Shown: positions 15,541 to 29,503, counted from the stretch's first letter. The stretch: DNA of 64,000 bases from Eledone cirrhosa (GCA_964016885.1 OZ024749.1:15376001-15440000); one strand, 5' to 3'. Numbers and translations are program-made. Notes: a model not told the origin generated them from the sequence alone.

Positions 15541-16320
15541 ATTTGTTCAACACTGACAAAAGAACGTTGTACTAATTTCAAGCTTATTAGCTATCGTCAC
15601 CAAAGTATACCTTCCTGCCAGATATATACACATTTATACACATTTATACACATACCCTAACTATATTTCCTTATTTTTTTTTATATATCTCTTGCTTTAT
15701 TATTTTTTTTGCCCGTTAAACTCTTGCCTTTCTTGAGGAGATTTTTCAAATATTTCACTATGTTTTAAATTGCCTTGTCCGATGAACGAATGAGGACGTT
15801 TTTCGTATTCGTCTTGTAGCGGTTGTCTCCCTTGTTTTGATTGGGATCTAGACGGGAAGTGGAACCCTTTCTGCAACTTCCGGTCAGAGCCCTATAAAAC
15901 TAACAACTTTAAGCTTCCTTTCTCTCTTTGCCTTTTCGGCACCAGGTCAAGAGTCTTCTCATTTGGCTCTGCCATTAATTTGGCCAACAGGCGCCTGGCC
16001 TTAGCCAGGCGCCCTCTGCCAGCCGCGTTTGCCTGGCAATCAAAACGGTAACTACTAACTTTGTTTCATTCTAACATCTATCTTTGACATGTCAAGTATT
16101 CTATCTACCGTTAATTAAATATTATATACACAAACATTGTCTCGTTTTGTTACATTCATACACCCAGTATCCTCGCTATAGTCTTATTCAGGCAACCTCT
16201 GGTAATGAGGTAATTATATTGTATTGTTTATTATACATTAAATTTAGCTCTGGTACTTACATAGAGCACTCTTCAATCCTATGACTTTTTCAATTTTCAA
16301 CGGAAACTTCAATACTTATA

Positions 16321-16497
16321 TATTAATATATGTAGAAATAAACACAGTAAATTCTGCGTCTAAAATTACGAGGGTAGGTTATACCACAAATGTTTTATAT
16401 ATGCTTCAGTTTAAATATATAAAACATTTGTGGTATAATCTACCCTCGTAATTTTAGACGCACAATTTACTGTGTTTATTTCTACATATATTAATAT
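16321..16497. repeat. hairpin, ~80-bp arms, short spacer
   Basis: tattaatatatgtagaaataaacacagtaaatt ... aatttactgtgtttatttctacatatattaata. Confidence 0.85.
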
Positions 16498-17239
16498 TAT
16501 AATGCTCAGTATTTATACTTTGAACTTGTTAATTGCTGGGTATCAATATGAGTTAATAACTCTATATTTTATTTGTATATATATATATGCATGTATGTAT
16601 GCATATATATACGTATACATATATACACGCACACACACAGATATATCTACATACACACATATACGCCAAGGGAAATATGCGCTTATTTTTTTTTTATTCA
16701 ATTTTGATCTTCTCGCTTTATATATAGGGATTTTTCTATAATAAAATTGTTTGAATTAATATTTTTTTGTTCACATATTTCAAATAATAGGCATTGTCTA
16801 TAATTTTGAAACCATTTTGAAAATAATCAAGAATTTGAAAGGTTCTTGCATAAAATCACGATAAAAGTGTTTTAGATAAATATACTCTTTAAAATATACA
16901 ACTTTATACCATTGAACCAGGGGTAGATTCAAAAGGGTTAATATAGCATTAGGAACTTACTGTTGTATATTTTCGTTCTCCTTCATTTGGGGAATGAGAT
17001 TCCTTGAATATATTTCTGATAAATGACAAAAGACACAAATGACGCCAGCCAATTTATCTTTCTTATACAGATTCTTTGAAATTAAACTAAACTAAACCGG
17101 AGCAGACGACAGTTTCGAGATGACGTCAGCTGGATTCGACCAATCAGCAACCAACCGAATACTTAGTGACATCTTAACAAGAAACTTCTGAAGATACAGG
17201 CTTACTTCAGTCATGACTTCAGTGCTGGACTTCAGTGCT

Positions 17240-17760
17240 GTATCAGTTGGTGCTCCTGGTGAGGGTGCTTGGCTGTTCCTGTGTCGTAGTCTCGCTATAA
17301 CCCGACCGTACCAATGTATCATTTGATGCTCCTGGTGAAGGTGCTTGGCTGTTCCTGTCTTAGTCTCGCTATCACTCAGCCTTAGTGAGGTATCAGACGA
17401 TGCTCCTGGTGAGAGTGCTTGGCTGTTCCAGTGATTTAGCCTCCCTATCACTCAACCGTACCAAGATTTCAGTTGATGTTCTTGATGAGGTAGCCTGGCT
17501 GTTCCAGTATCTTAGCCTCGCTATCATCTGGCCTTACCAAGGTATCAGTTGATGCTCCTGGTGAGGGTGATTGGCTGTTCCTGTGTCTTAGTCTCGCTAT
17601 CACCCGACCATACCAAGGTATCAGTTGATGCTCCTAGTGAGGGTGTATGGCTGTTCCAGTGACTTAGCCTCGCTATCACCCAGTCTTACTGAGGTATCAA
17701 GTGATGCTCCTGGTGAGGGTACTTGGCTGTTACCGTACCTTAGACACTCTATAACCCACG
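17240..17760. repeat. ~76-bp minisatellite, ~7 diverged copies
   Basis: unit tatcagttgatgctcctggtgagggtgcttggctgttcctgtgtcttagtctcgctatcacccgaccgtaccaagg. Confidence 0.9.
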
Positions 17761-18250
17761 GTAATGCTGCCAGCGTGTTGGCTTGTTTAAAAAAGTATTA
17801 GGTGAAGGTTCTGGAACCCCTTGTGTCGTGTGACCGATTGACTCAGTGTTGACTTATTATTTTCTTTCATTTTTATTCTAGAGTTCCATATGGAGGATTT
17901 ATGTCGTTTACCAGGATCAAATATAAATTTATTTTCAACATCTGTTACACAAAACCATCTGCAATCGCCCGCTTAGTTCTGTGATACAAAGTTGTTTATT
18001 TTTCAATGTTTATATTTACTTTAAAGAAAAGAAAAAAATTCATCATAATCTTATGCAAAAAACCTTTGTTAATTTATGTTCCAAACACCAGCCTAATAAT
18101 AAGAAAATTAGTTATATTACTAAATCCTTCTAAATATTTGATTATTTTCAAAATTATTTGAAAATTGTAGGCAGCGTCTTTAATTAGAAATATGGTAACA
18201 AAAGGATTAAAGTTTATGTTATGCAAAAACTGCCCATTATTATTTTATGT

Positions 18251-18440
18251 GCGGTGGATTGGCAGTATTGGTAGAGGGTCGGACGCCATGCTTTGACGCA
18301 TAGAGTTACGGTCCTTGCCATTCTGAGTTCAAATCCCGCCGAGGTTAACTTTGCCTTTCATCCTTACGGGGTCGATAAAATAAAGTACCAGTAATGCACT
18401 GGTTAATTGCTGGCCTTGTGCTAAAAGTAGAAACAATTAT
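18251..18440 (+). mobile_element. tRNA-derived SINE
   Basis: gcggtggattggcag...gagttcaaatcccgccgagg...ggggtcgataaaataaagtaccag. Confidence 0.85.
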
Positions 18441-18829
18441 TATTTTATGTGCAAACCTTTGTTAAGTTATGATCCAAACACCACCTCAATAATGATAAAG
18501 TTAGTTATATTACTAAATCCTTCTAAATACCTCAATATTTTCAAAATTATTTGAAAATCAAAGACGATGTTATTTACTAGAAATATGGTAGGATATATTT
18601 GGCTGCTATTTCTAGCCACGCAGAGGTTCGTTCATTGTCGTGGTGGTAGTGGTGGTGGGTAGAGGTAAGATAGTGAATGTGCCACGAGTCAACTAATGTT
18701 TGAGTGACGTGGTAGCAGTGGTGGTAGTAGTAGGAGTTAGTGTTAACAACGAAGGCGACTTTATTTCTCACTCCCACTACTCACTCCACCCCTCTCTATC
18801 ATTCTTATGCTGTTTCTGTCCCTTTTTTG

Positions 18830-19810
18830 TTCACATACAGACGCACATCATACACACACACACATACATCATACATATACTCACACATCATACATATACA
18901 GGCACACAGCCAAACATACATGTATGTATATAAACATGTGTGTGTATATATATATATATACACACATGTTTATATACACATACATAGAGGGATATACATA
19001 TGCAGACTTACACACACACACATATATACACGCATACACACAGGCACATACCCAAGCACACACACGTACACACACACAGAAGCACATGTACAGGCAAATA
19101 TGCACACACGTACTAATGCACGCATACACGTGCAGACACGCTAACACACACGCACACACACACACACACACATGTAAACACACACACACGCACACACACG
19201 CACACACACACACACACACACGCAGACATACACACATGTAAACACACACACACAAGCAGACATACACACATGTAAACACACACACACATGCAGACATACA
19301 CACATGTAAACACACACACACACACACACGTACACGGATGTAAACACACACACACACATGTGGACATACACACGTGTAAACACACATACATACACATGCA
19401 CACACAAATGCAGAGATACATGGAAGTAAACACACACACATGCAGACATACACGCATACAAACACACACATGCGCACACACACACGCACACACACATACA
19501 GATATACACGCATGTAAATACACACACACACATGGAGACATACAATGGGGCACACACGCCACCACACGCACATACGGACAATCACGCACGTAAAGATATA
19601 CACACGCATATACACACACAAACACAGACAGGCACATACAAACACACACTAACGCAGACCAAATATACACGCATGCATACACACATACGCACACACATAT
19701 ACACACAGACACACATATAAACACACAGACATAGACACAAACACAGACATAGGCACATACAGACACACACACTAGCGCAGACCAAACATACACGCACGCA
19801 CACATACACG

Positions 19811-19891
<81 letters not shown>

Positions 19892-20245
19892 ACACAGAAA
19901 TAGGCACATACAGGTACACACACACTGACGCAGACCAAACATACACACACACACACACACACATGTACACACATATACACACAGACATGGCAAGTCCAAA
20001 CATACACACACTGACGCAGACCAAACATACACACACACACACACACACACACATGTACACACATATACACACAGACATGGCAAGTCCAAACATGCACACA
20101 CTGACGCAGATCAAACATACACGCATACATACACACATACGTACACACATACACGAACACACACCAAAAAGCACGTATACTAACATACACAAACACGCAT
20201 ACACATACGAACACATAAACACACACATCAACATAAATGTACACA
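18830..20245. repeat. complex (CA)n-derived tract
   Basis: low complexity with local duplications. Confidence 0.9.
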
Positions 20246-20247
20246 GC

Positions 20248-20676
20248 ATTAGGGGTTAGGGTTGGGGTTAGGGTCAGGTTCAAGGATAGGGTTAGAGTTA
20301 AGTTTAGGCTTAAGGTATGACTTATGATAAGGGTTAGAGGGATGAGTAGGGTTAGGGGTTAGTGTCAGGGTCAGGGTTGAGGTTAAAGTCTTCGATTTGG
20401 GGTTGGGATAATGGTTAAGGTTTGTGTTAGGGTTGGGGTTAGAGTTTGGGGTTGTGGTAATTGTTAAGGTTTGTGTTAGGGTTGGGGTGAGAGTTTGGGG
20501 TTAGGTTTTGGGGTTGCGGTTGTGGTTAAGGTTTGTGTTAGGGTTTGGGGTTAGGTTTTGGGGTTGTGGTTGTGGTTAAGGTTTGTGTTAGGGTTTGGGG
20601 TTAGGTTTTGGGGTTGCGGTAATGGTTAAGGTTTGAGTTAGGGTTGGGGTGAGGGCTTGGTTAAGGTTTAGGGTTA
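20248..20676 (+). repeat. degenerate TTAGGG (telomere-like) tract with ~50-bp higher-order units
   Basis: ttaggggttagggttggggttagggtcagg...; repeated ggttaaggtttgtgttagggtt. Confidence 0.8.
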
Positions 20677-21035
20677 ATACGATTAAAAATGTAAATATTT
20701 ATACACAGTCCCGCTTACCCTCAGAGTATATATACAGATATCACTTAATCGTACACTCCGGCAATAAACATAAATGAAGTCCAACCAAAATTAAATAGAA
20801 AGCATGAATGGAATAGCAACATCACAACTTACAATTAAGGACAAATTGAAAACACACACACATAGAACAAACAACCAACTAGTAACATGTAAATAAACAA
20901 ATAAATAAACAAATATAAACACACACAGACACCCGGATGTAACACATGCGCAAACTAAGCACACAACACACACAAAAACAAGATGGCGTAGGACAGAACA
21001 AAGGAGAGGCACAAAAACAAAGAAAAGAATCCCCA

Positions 21036-21078
21036 GTCACTGAAGAGGTCACAGAACGTGTGACGAAAGAACTTTGAC
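21036..21078 (+). ncRNA. minimal type I hammerhead ribozyme
   Basis: gtca-CTGAAGA-g-gtcaca gaacg tgtgac-GAAA-gaac-TT-tgac: stem I 4 bp, stem II 6 bp, CUU site. Confidence 0.7.
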
Positions 21079-21298
21079 AATATATGAACAATCGTCTGGT
21101 TGTGGAACCAACCAACCAACTGGAAATTTATAAATATTTATAAATTCCTAAATTTATAAATTTAATTTATAATAAATTGAAGTGAAAGCCACTGGTGCGT
21201 GTGTTTCTTATTGGCAACATGACCCTCCCAAAGTATAACAATATCGGTTTCAACACACGTTTTCAGATAAAGAATCTTGCTAAACAAATTCAGAAACG

Positions 21299-21332
<34 letters not shown>

Positions 21333-21897
21333 TCATGTGTGTTGTGGGGACACCACAGAATTAATGTAGACATAAAAATACCGCAACAGATGAAAAATAG
21401 AAAATTGAAAGTTTGAGAAATGGAAGTAAATATAAATATAAACATAGTGAAATATAATGAAAGAGAGAGAGAGAGAGAGGCGTGTGTGTGTGTGTGGGGT
21501 GGGTGGGGGGGTGAGTGAGATAGAGAATGAGTGAGAGAGAGAGTATGAGTGAGAGAGAGAGAGAAGACGTATGTGTGTGTGAGAGAGAGAGAGAGAGAGA
21601 GTGAGAGAGAGAGAGAGAGAGTGAGGGAGAGAGAGAGAGAGGGAGAGAGAGAGAGAGAGAGATACAGAGAAGAAGTATGTATGGGTGGTTGATGAGAAAT
21701 TACTGCAATAAAGTAAAAAGAATAAAGCTATTTTATTATCACATTAAAATATATTCATTTAAAAATCATTTTATTATATTTATATGACCGGTCTTTAACT
21801 GATTATTCCCTCGCGTGCGCGCGTACGTGCGTGCGTGTAACTATCTATCTCTCCATCCATCTATTTATCTATCTATCTAAATATCTATCTATCTATC

Positions 21898-22992
21898 GGA
21901 CCCGTCTTCAGAGGCTGGATCGCTGCAATGCACACCAGCATCTGCTCGACGGTCAAGGTGAACGGCTACCTGTCGGAGCCGTTCGCAATCACGCGTTTCA
22001 TCCGACTGGGATGCCCTCTCCCCACCATTCTGTATGTACTGACTCTAGAGCCACTACTGCGGAAGTTGGAGCTGCTGCAGGGCATCCTGTTGGAACCGGG
22101 ACTGTGGAAAGCGGCGTCGGCTTATGCCGACGACGTGTCAGTAATGGTGTCGAAAACCTCGGAAATAGGGGCGATCTACAACTTACTGCAGGAATACGAA
22201 AGGCTCACATGAGCAAAACTGAACCAGGACAAGTCTGTCGGTTTGCAACTCGGTACGTGGAGAGGCTGTCGGACGGCATCGGTTTGCCTCTCCACGTACC
22301 GAGATGCTGGATGCACGGACCGATGAAAAGGCTCGGGGTCTGGTTCGGTCCGGACCTCCAGGTGGAGAAAAACTGGAACGAGGTCACGGCCAAGGTATTT
22401 ACACTCACCCAAAAGTGGGTAGAGTGCAAACTATCCTTGAAAGGTCGAGCGGAGGTCGAAATCCAGTTGACAGCCGAGTCCATAGTAAGGATCAAACCGC
22501 CAACTTCTTTCAAAAACGAAAGAGAGGCGGTTTTCCTCTGTATAGTGGCTATGGTGGACGAGATTGAGAGGACTGAGCACAGATGCCTTTCTCTCCGGAC
22601 AACAACTCATTCCCTTCTTTGGGTACCACTTTAGAAGGAGAATCAGAGTGGAGAGAGAGAGAGCTACTGCACCCCAGTAAATTTACTGAAAGGTGCGCGA
22701 ATGTAGCAAAAATGGCCCGAGTGATTGGGCCTTCTCTGTATATAAACCTGTAGGTTCAAGATGAGAGCAAAAGGAGGAAAGGAACACTTGCACAGCACGC
22801 TCCTGGAGTTGAGGGTTGTTCTATCGACGGGGTATTAAACAACCCATTTGTAACGCCTCCTCCCTAATGGGAATTTCGATTGTTAAATTTGTTTATCTTA
22901 ATAATATTTTTACACGACTGTATGTAAAATCCCCGGCAAGTGTCTTTGTATTGTCCCCTTTTCTTGTTGCGCCCTTGTGGCTAATAAAGAAA
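21898..22992 (+). mobile_element. 5'-truncated, internally deleted Tx1/L1-clade LINE
   Basis: VKVNGYLSEPF..IRLGCPL..LEPLLRKL..SAYADDV; jumps from LKGRAEV to IQLTAES (~750 bp missing relative to the 61-64 kb copy); flanked by (TCTA)n. Confidence 0.85.
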
Positions 22993-23029
22993 TCTATCTA
23001 TATATCTATCTATCTACCTATCTTTCTAT

Positions 23030-23274
23030 GTTTATATATATCGATGTTGTATTACTGTGGCGATATGCTTCTGGTTGATTTATTCTTGGTGTCGCTATTC
23101 CTTAACTTTTTGTGTTTGCTCTGAGTAGAAATTTCTTAAATTCCTCACTGGTTGAGTGCTTCATGGCTGCCTCTTATGATTCGAGTATTCATCTGCTATA
23201 GTGCAGCTGCAACTTCGGCTATACTCATTATTTTACCGATCTATCTATCTATCGATCTATGTATCTCATCCCCC

Positions 23275-23371
<97 letters not shown>

Positions 23372-23433
23372 GATTTTTCCTTGTTATTTATTGTTTATGT
23401 TGTTTTTTTGCCACCGTCATTCCTAAATCAACC
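23030..23433 (+). repeat. dispersed sequence duplicated (inverted) at 60497-60968
   Basis: ~205-bp unique block appears identical; second block tgggatttttccttgttattt...cctaaatcaacca also shared. Confidence 0.9.
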
Positions 23434-23699
23434 AAGAAATCTATCTATCTATCTATAGACCTCCCTCTCCCTCTCTCCATATATATATATATATATATAT
23501 ATGATGGTGGTGGTTTTGATACAATACACAGGAAAATGTTTTATACTTAACTACACACACACACATATGTGTGAGTGTGTGTGAGTGTAACTGCATATAC
23601 ACATGTATGTGAAGTATAAAACACACACACACACACACATATACATACACACACACACACATATATATATACATATATATATGTAATAGTTTCTACGTT

Positions 23700-23882
23700 T
23701 GGGGGAGAGGAAAGTCGATTAGATCGACGACAGTGTATTACTGGTACTTTATTTTATCGACCCCGTAAGGATGAAAGGCAAAGCTAACATCGGTAGGATT
23801 TTAACTCAGACCCTAAAGGGATGTAACTCTATGCTACGAAGCATTGGCCGACGCTCTACTGATACTGCCAATCCACCGCCCT
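23700..23882 (-). mobile_element. tRNA-derived SINE
   Basis: reverse complement of family motifs. Confidence 0.8.
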
Positions 23883-23974
23883 TAATGCGCGAAATTGCAT
23901 GCCACTAAGTTGGCTGACGAGCTTCAATTGCAGTTGTCTGTATTTTGTAACTGTTTTTCTGCTCTATCTCTCTC

Positions 23975-24025
<51 letters not shown>

Positions 24026-24055
24026 CCTATATATATATATACATATATATATATA

Positions 24056-24622
24056 CAGGTGTCGGAGAAAATAATGGAAACACCTAGCATCATAGCATCA
24101 TAATTTTGAAATATCTATAAAGCTGCCAACAGCTTGTTTATTTTTATTGTTCTCGAGGTGGTCATTAAGCTCTGCAGTACTTTTGGGAGCTGTACTTTTG
24201 TGAACCTTTCTAACAATTCGCGTAAGAGTCCGACGGTCCCTATCTGAAAGTTTTGGTTTTCTTCCGGAGTTTTGTTTCGACGAGGAGGTTTTTCCCTCTT
24301 TCTCAAAGGCTGTCATTACTTTCGAGACAGTACTTCTTGATACACCAAACATTTCGGCTGTTTTCGTTACGCTAGCGCCTGCTATACGAGCCCCAACAAT
24401 TTGACCTCTTTCAAAGTACGATAGATCTGTCATTTTAATGAATTTTAATTACCTTTTTCTGATGATATCGGAAAAGAAACAGCAATTTTAACAAAACATA
24501 TTATGCAACACTAATAATAAATAAAAAAACATAAAAATAAACAAGCTTTTGACGGTTTTATAGATATTTCAAAATTATGATGCTATGATGCTAGGTGTTT
24601 CCATTATTTTGTCCAACCCCTG
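24056..24622 (-). mobile_element. internally deleted Tc1-family DNA transposon
   Basis: ~66-bp TIRs caggtgtcggagaaaataatggaaacacctagc / gctaggtgtttccattattttgtccaacccctg, TA flanks; ORF 24433-24098 MTDLSYFERGQIVGAR..GVSRSTVSKV..GRKPKLSDRDRR = paired-like HTH, no DDE domain. Confidence 0.9.
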
Positions 24623-24713
24623 TATATATCCGCATGTGGCCGATGCCTGATGACTTTGTGATAAACAGGCGAAACTACAGAATAACAAAACTCAGTATCT
24701 ACCCTTAATAAAA

Positions 24714-24947
<234 letters not shown>

Positions 24948-25144
24948 AGTACAGGTGTGCGCATGTGTGTGATGTCAACCTTTCTCGGCAATGCTTTATT
25001 GATGTTTTAATGAAAACATGTGTCGTTAGTAAATTATATGCAGACATCTGTCATAATGACTAGATATCTTGTAGCATCAGGTGGTTGTGTGTGTGTGTGG
25101 GGGGGGGGGGGGGGTACACACACATATACATACATGCACATAAA

Positions 25145-25790
25145 CATGCATAAATACGCACACATACCTATATTTACACATACATACATACATGCATACA
25201 TACACACGTATATACACAGGCATAAATACGCACACATACCTATATTTACACATACATACATGCATACATACACACGTATATACACATGCATAAATACGCA
25301 CAGATACCTATATTTACACATACATACATGCATACAGACACACGTTTATACACATGCATAAATACGCACACATACCTATATTTACACATACATACATGCA
25401 TACATACACACGTATATACACATGCATAAATACGCACACGTACCTATATTTACACATACATACATACACACGTATATACACATGCATAAATACGCACACG
25501 TACCTATATTTACACATACATACATGCATACATACACACGTATATACACATGCATAAATACGCACAGATACCTATATTTACACATACATACATGCATACA
25601 GACACACGTTTATACACATGCATAAATACGCACACATACCTATATTTACACATACATACATGCATACATACACACGTATATACACATGCATAAATACGCA
25701 CACGTACCTATATTTACACATACATACATACACACGTATATACACATGCATAAATACGCACACGTACCTATATTTACACATACATACACA
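25145..25790. repeat. 60/68-bp CA-rich minisatellite
   Basis: repeated catgcataaatacgcacacatacctatatttacacatacata. Confidence 0.9.
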
Positions 25791-25808
25791 CGGAATATAA
25801 ATTAAAAT

Positions 25809-25998
25809 AATTGTTTCTACTTTTGGCACAAGGCCAGCAATTACCCAGTGTATTACTGGTACTTTATTTTATCGACCCCGTAAGGATGAAAGGCAAAGTT
25901 AACCTCGGCGGGATTTGAACTCAGAATGGCAAGGGCCGTAACTCTATGCGTCAAAGCATGGCGTCCGACCCTCTACCGATACTGCCAATCCACCGCCC
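25809..25998 (-). mobile_element. tRNA-derived SINE
   Basis: reverse complement of the 18251 copy, high similarity. Confidence 0.85.
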
Positions 25999-26120
25999 TT
26001 TAAATATAAATTAAAATAATGAGAGAATGTTACATAATATATGGAACATAGTGAAAAACCAATATATGGAACATTACATTATGTAACATTCTCTCATTAT
26101 TTAATTTATATTCCTTTGAA

Positions 26121-26240
26121 GTTCCGATGAGCCGCTCTGTCTTATATCTATGTTAATTATTTTCAACTGAACCAGATCAATTATGATATATAGTCATCTG
26201 ATCCAGAAATATTATATGGAGTAGCGAAACAATTGTAAAC
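26121..26240 (+). ncRNA. hammerhead-like motif with long stem II and U4C change
   Basis: gtt-CCGATGA-gccgctc...gagtagc-GAAA-caattg-TA-aac; palindromic stem III; preceded by hairpin 26003-26112. Confidence 0.5.
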
Positions 26241-26376
26241 GGACATTATTATTATTAATATTATTATTATTATTATTATTATTATTCTCTACATTCCTTA
26301 CATCAAACTAAAATATGTTGACAATCTTTTAATAATGTCTTCCTTGTGAAATTTGTGGTCTTGTTTTGCTTAACTA

Positions 26377-26441
<65 letters not shown>

Positions 26442-26932
26442 TATATATATATAGAGAGAAAATTGAGGTTGGTAATGGCACATGGAATATATAAGAGACA
26501 GAATACTTTTTTGTGAAAAAACATAATTTTATAAGGTAAGGAAATAATAAAGGGTATAAAAAATGACCGGTTTCGATGGGTCTGCAAAAGCCATCTTTTC
26601 AAATGTTGATTAATATTAAGAAAAATTAATAATACGAAGAGTTAAAATTTGAGACTTGAAAATTCAAGTATAAAATTCATTGTGGGATTTCATAGCAGTT
26701 TTCATCTTGGTAGCAACAACAGGTTGACTGCTGTGTCCCTTTCTGGTAGTGAATGAGAAGTTATTTGGGGTGTGGGTTATTTTATAAAGGTCAGATTTAG
26801 CAATCGCCAGCTGCTGGTCAGTGAGGGGGTGGAAGCAATATACATACACATATCTTCCTGTGATGGGTAGGAGAGTGGAGCGTGATAGAAAGGGATTTAG
26901 TGCACTTACACCTATATATACACACATACCTT

Positions 26933-28792
26933 ACTGTTGTCATTATGAATACGGACTACTATAGGACCCTCGCACTTAACATTTTAGAAAACAACACATA
27001 CTATGAAAAAACAGAAAACTACAAACACACCAAAACAATGGGGAACCTTTTGACCTTACTGAATAAATACCGCAACAGCTTAACCACAAAAGAGTTTAAC
27101 TATATAAGCCACTTCAAATGCAATACAAGCTCTTTTTACGGGTTACCGAAACTTCACAAATGTAAACCCATAAACGATGCATGTGACACCTCAACCAACA
27201 ATTACATTGAACTAACACCACCAGAAGACCTAAAACTCAGGCCAATTATAGCAGGCCCTACATGTGAAACCCACAGACTTAGCAACTTTCTGGACATCCT
27301 ACTGAAACCCTTTCTACAACATATACAGAGCTACATACGAGATGACCTTGACATGCTGAAACACCTCCCTAAAACAGTAAGTGCAAATACAATTCTTGTC
27401 TCCTTTGACGTAATAAACCTCTACACAAACATACCTCACAACTATGGAATAACAGCAGTCCAATACTGGCTTAACACACACCCATCAGAAATACCGACAC
27501 GCATCAACACAGATTTTATCACTGACGGACTCCGCTTTATCCTACAAAATAACTACTTCACATTCAATGGTTCAACATACAGACAAGTATCAGGTACGGC
27601 AATGGGCACGAAAGTAGCACCCACATATGCCAACCTAGTCATGGGATTCCATGAACAACAAATATACAGTCAGTCCCTTCTCTTATTTGGAGACTCTTTC
27701 CACACACACCTCAAAGCCAATTGGAAAAGATATCTAGACGACTGCTTTATCCTATGGCAAGAAGACATGAACTCACTTACTACGTTTAAAAACATGATAA
27801 ACAACATAGATAATAACATACAATTCACAATGGAATCCAATCCTAAGGAATTAGCCTTCTTGGATATTCTCATCTCTGTAATAGACGGGAAATTAGATAC
27901 AGATATATTCTATAAACCCACAGATTCCAAGCAATACCTCTTTTTCACATCAAGTCACCCAAAACATACAAAACTTAACATTCCTTACAATTTGGCCAAA
28001 CGTATATGTACCATAGTATCAGATCCACCTAAACGGGAGCAAAGACTAAAGGAACTAAAAGACACCCTTATCTTAAGAGCCTTTCCACTTGAAATAATCA
28101 ACAATGGAATAGACAGGGCAAAACACCTAAATCCCCATCAACTTAACAATCCAAAACAGAAAACCACACTCAACACCCTGCCATATGTATCCACTTTCAA
28201 CCCCAGAAATACCGAAATGTTTGATCACCTACACAAAAACCTCCCCATCCTACTTAAAGATGTAAAAATGAAGTCTATTCTTGAAACACACAAGATCCTT
28301 AAAAGTAAAAGACAACCCAAATCACTTAAACGCATTCTCACTGGACCAAATATACCCAAACCAATCCTCAACCCTACAGTTACCAAATGTGGTAGAACAA
28401 ACTGTGGAACGTGCCTCTACCTCACTGAAGGACAAACATTTACATTCAAAGATGGCCAAACATTTACAGTAAAAAACAATTTCACCTGCAACTCGGAGAA
28501 CTTGATTTACGCAATAACTTGCGGTGGGTGCAAACACAACTACATAGGACAGACGGGCACCTCATTACGCAAAAGAATGACCATCCACCGCCAACAAATC
28601 CGGGACGCTAACACAAGAAAAATCCCCTTGAGCAGCCATATTGCGAACTGCGCAGGAATGACACTACCCAACTTTAAAATCTTCCCCTTCTACAAGTGCT
28701 CAGATTCGTTCACACAGCAACAAAGAATAAACAAAGAAAATCTATTCCTTAACAAATTTAAACCAAAACTAAACGGGTTATCACCCCAATAG
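26933..28792 (+). CDS. PLE reverse transcriptase + GIY-YIG endonuclease (N-terminally truncated, frame open)
   Basis: FYGLPKLHK, LRPIIA, SFDVINLYTNIP, QVSGTAMGTKVAPTYANL, RYLDD, CGRTNCGTC linker, NLIYAITC..C..NYIGQT, terminal PKLN; ORF bases before 26933 derive from the inverted repeat. Confidence 0.95.
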   Translation, partial: TVVIMNTDYYRTLALNILENNTYYEKTENYKHTKTMGNLLTLLNKYRNSLTTKEFNYISHFKCNTSSFYGLPKLHKCKPINDACDTSTNNYIELTPPEDLKLRPIIAGPTCETHRLSNFLDILLKPFLQHIQSYIRDDLDMLKHLPKTVSANTILVSFDVINLYTNIPHNYGITAVQYWLNTHPSEIPTRINTDFITDGLRFILQNNYFTFNGSTYRQVSGTAMGTKVAPTYANLVMGFHEQQIYSQSLLLFGDSFHTHLKANWKRYLDDCFILWQEDMNSLTTFKNMINNIDNNIQFTMESNPKELAFLDILISVIDGKLDTDIFYKPTDSKQYLFFTSSHPKHTKLNIPYNLAKRICTIVSDPPKREQRLKELKDTLILRAFPLEIINNGIDRAKHLNPHQLNNPKQKTTLNTLPYVSTFNPRNTEMFDHLHKNLPILLKDVKMKSILETHKILKSKRQPKSLKRILTGPNIPKPILNPTVTKCGRTNCGTCLYLTEGQTFTFKDGQTFTVKNNFTCNSENLIYAITCGGCKHNYIGQTGTSLRKRMTIHRQQIRDANTRKIPLSSHIANCAGMTLPNFKIFPFYKCSDSFTQQQRINKENLFLNKFKPKLNGLSPQ

Positions 28793-29384
28793 AATTGTCA
28801 TAAAATATAAACACACATACGCACGGAATCACTACTATTAAAGACCAGAGACCAATTCTGTAGAATCAGGTTTATTCATTGACAGACCATGCCTTTGTGT
28901 GACCAACACATCCATGTTAAACCCTGCACGTGCACACACATATATCTATATATATATGCGCACACAGAATTCACCACTGTCGGTTGCGGGGCCCAATCTA
29001 CATGAAGGACTCAATGTGATCAGAATGACTTGTATTTTAATTTCACTGCCCCAACTTCTTATATTATGGAAAAAATATATGTGTCTGTATGTATATATAT
29101 ATATATATATTTGAAGGCCATTTCTCTGTGTGTGGGTGTATGTATGTGTATATGTGTGTGTGTGTGTATGTGTGTGCATGTGGATGTATGTATTGTGTGT
29201 GCGTGTGTGTGTATGTATGTGGGTATCTGGATGTATGCGTATGTGTATATATATATATATATATGCGTGTGTGTGTGTGTGTGTGTATATATATGTGTGT
29301 GTATGTGTGTGTATATATATGTGTGTGTGTATGTTTGTATGTGTGTATGTATATATATATGTGTGTGTGTGTATGTATGTGTGG

Positions 29385-29426
<42 letters not shown>

Positions 29427-29431
29427 GTGTG

Positions 29432-29462
<31 letters not shown>

Positions 29463-29503
29463 ATGTATGTGTGTATCTGGATGTATGTGTATGTAAATAT
29501 ATA

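Noticed and set aside
26882-26932. N-terminus of the 636-aa ORF
   Set aside because: Derived from the inverted pLTR, not a genuine start
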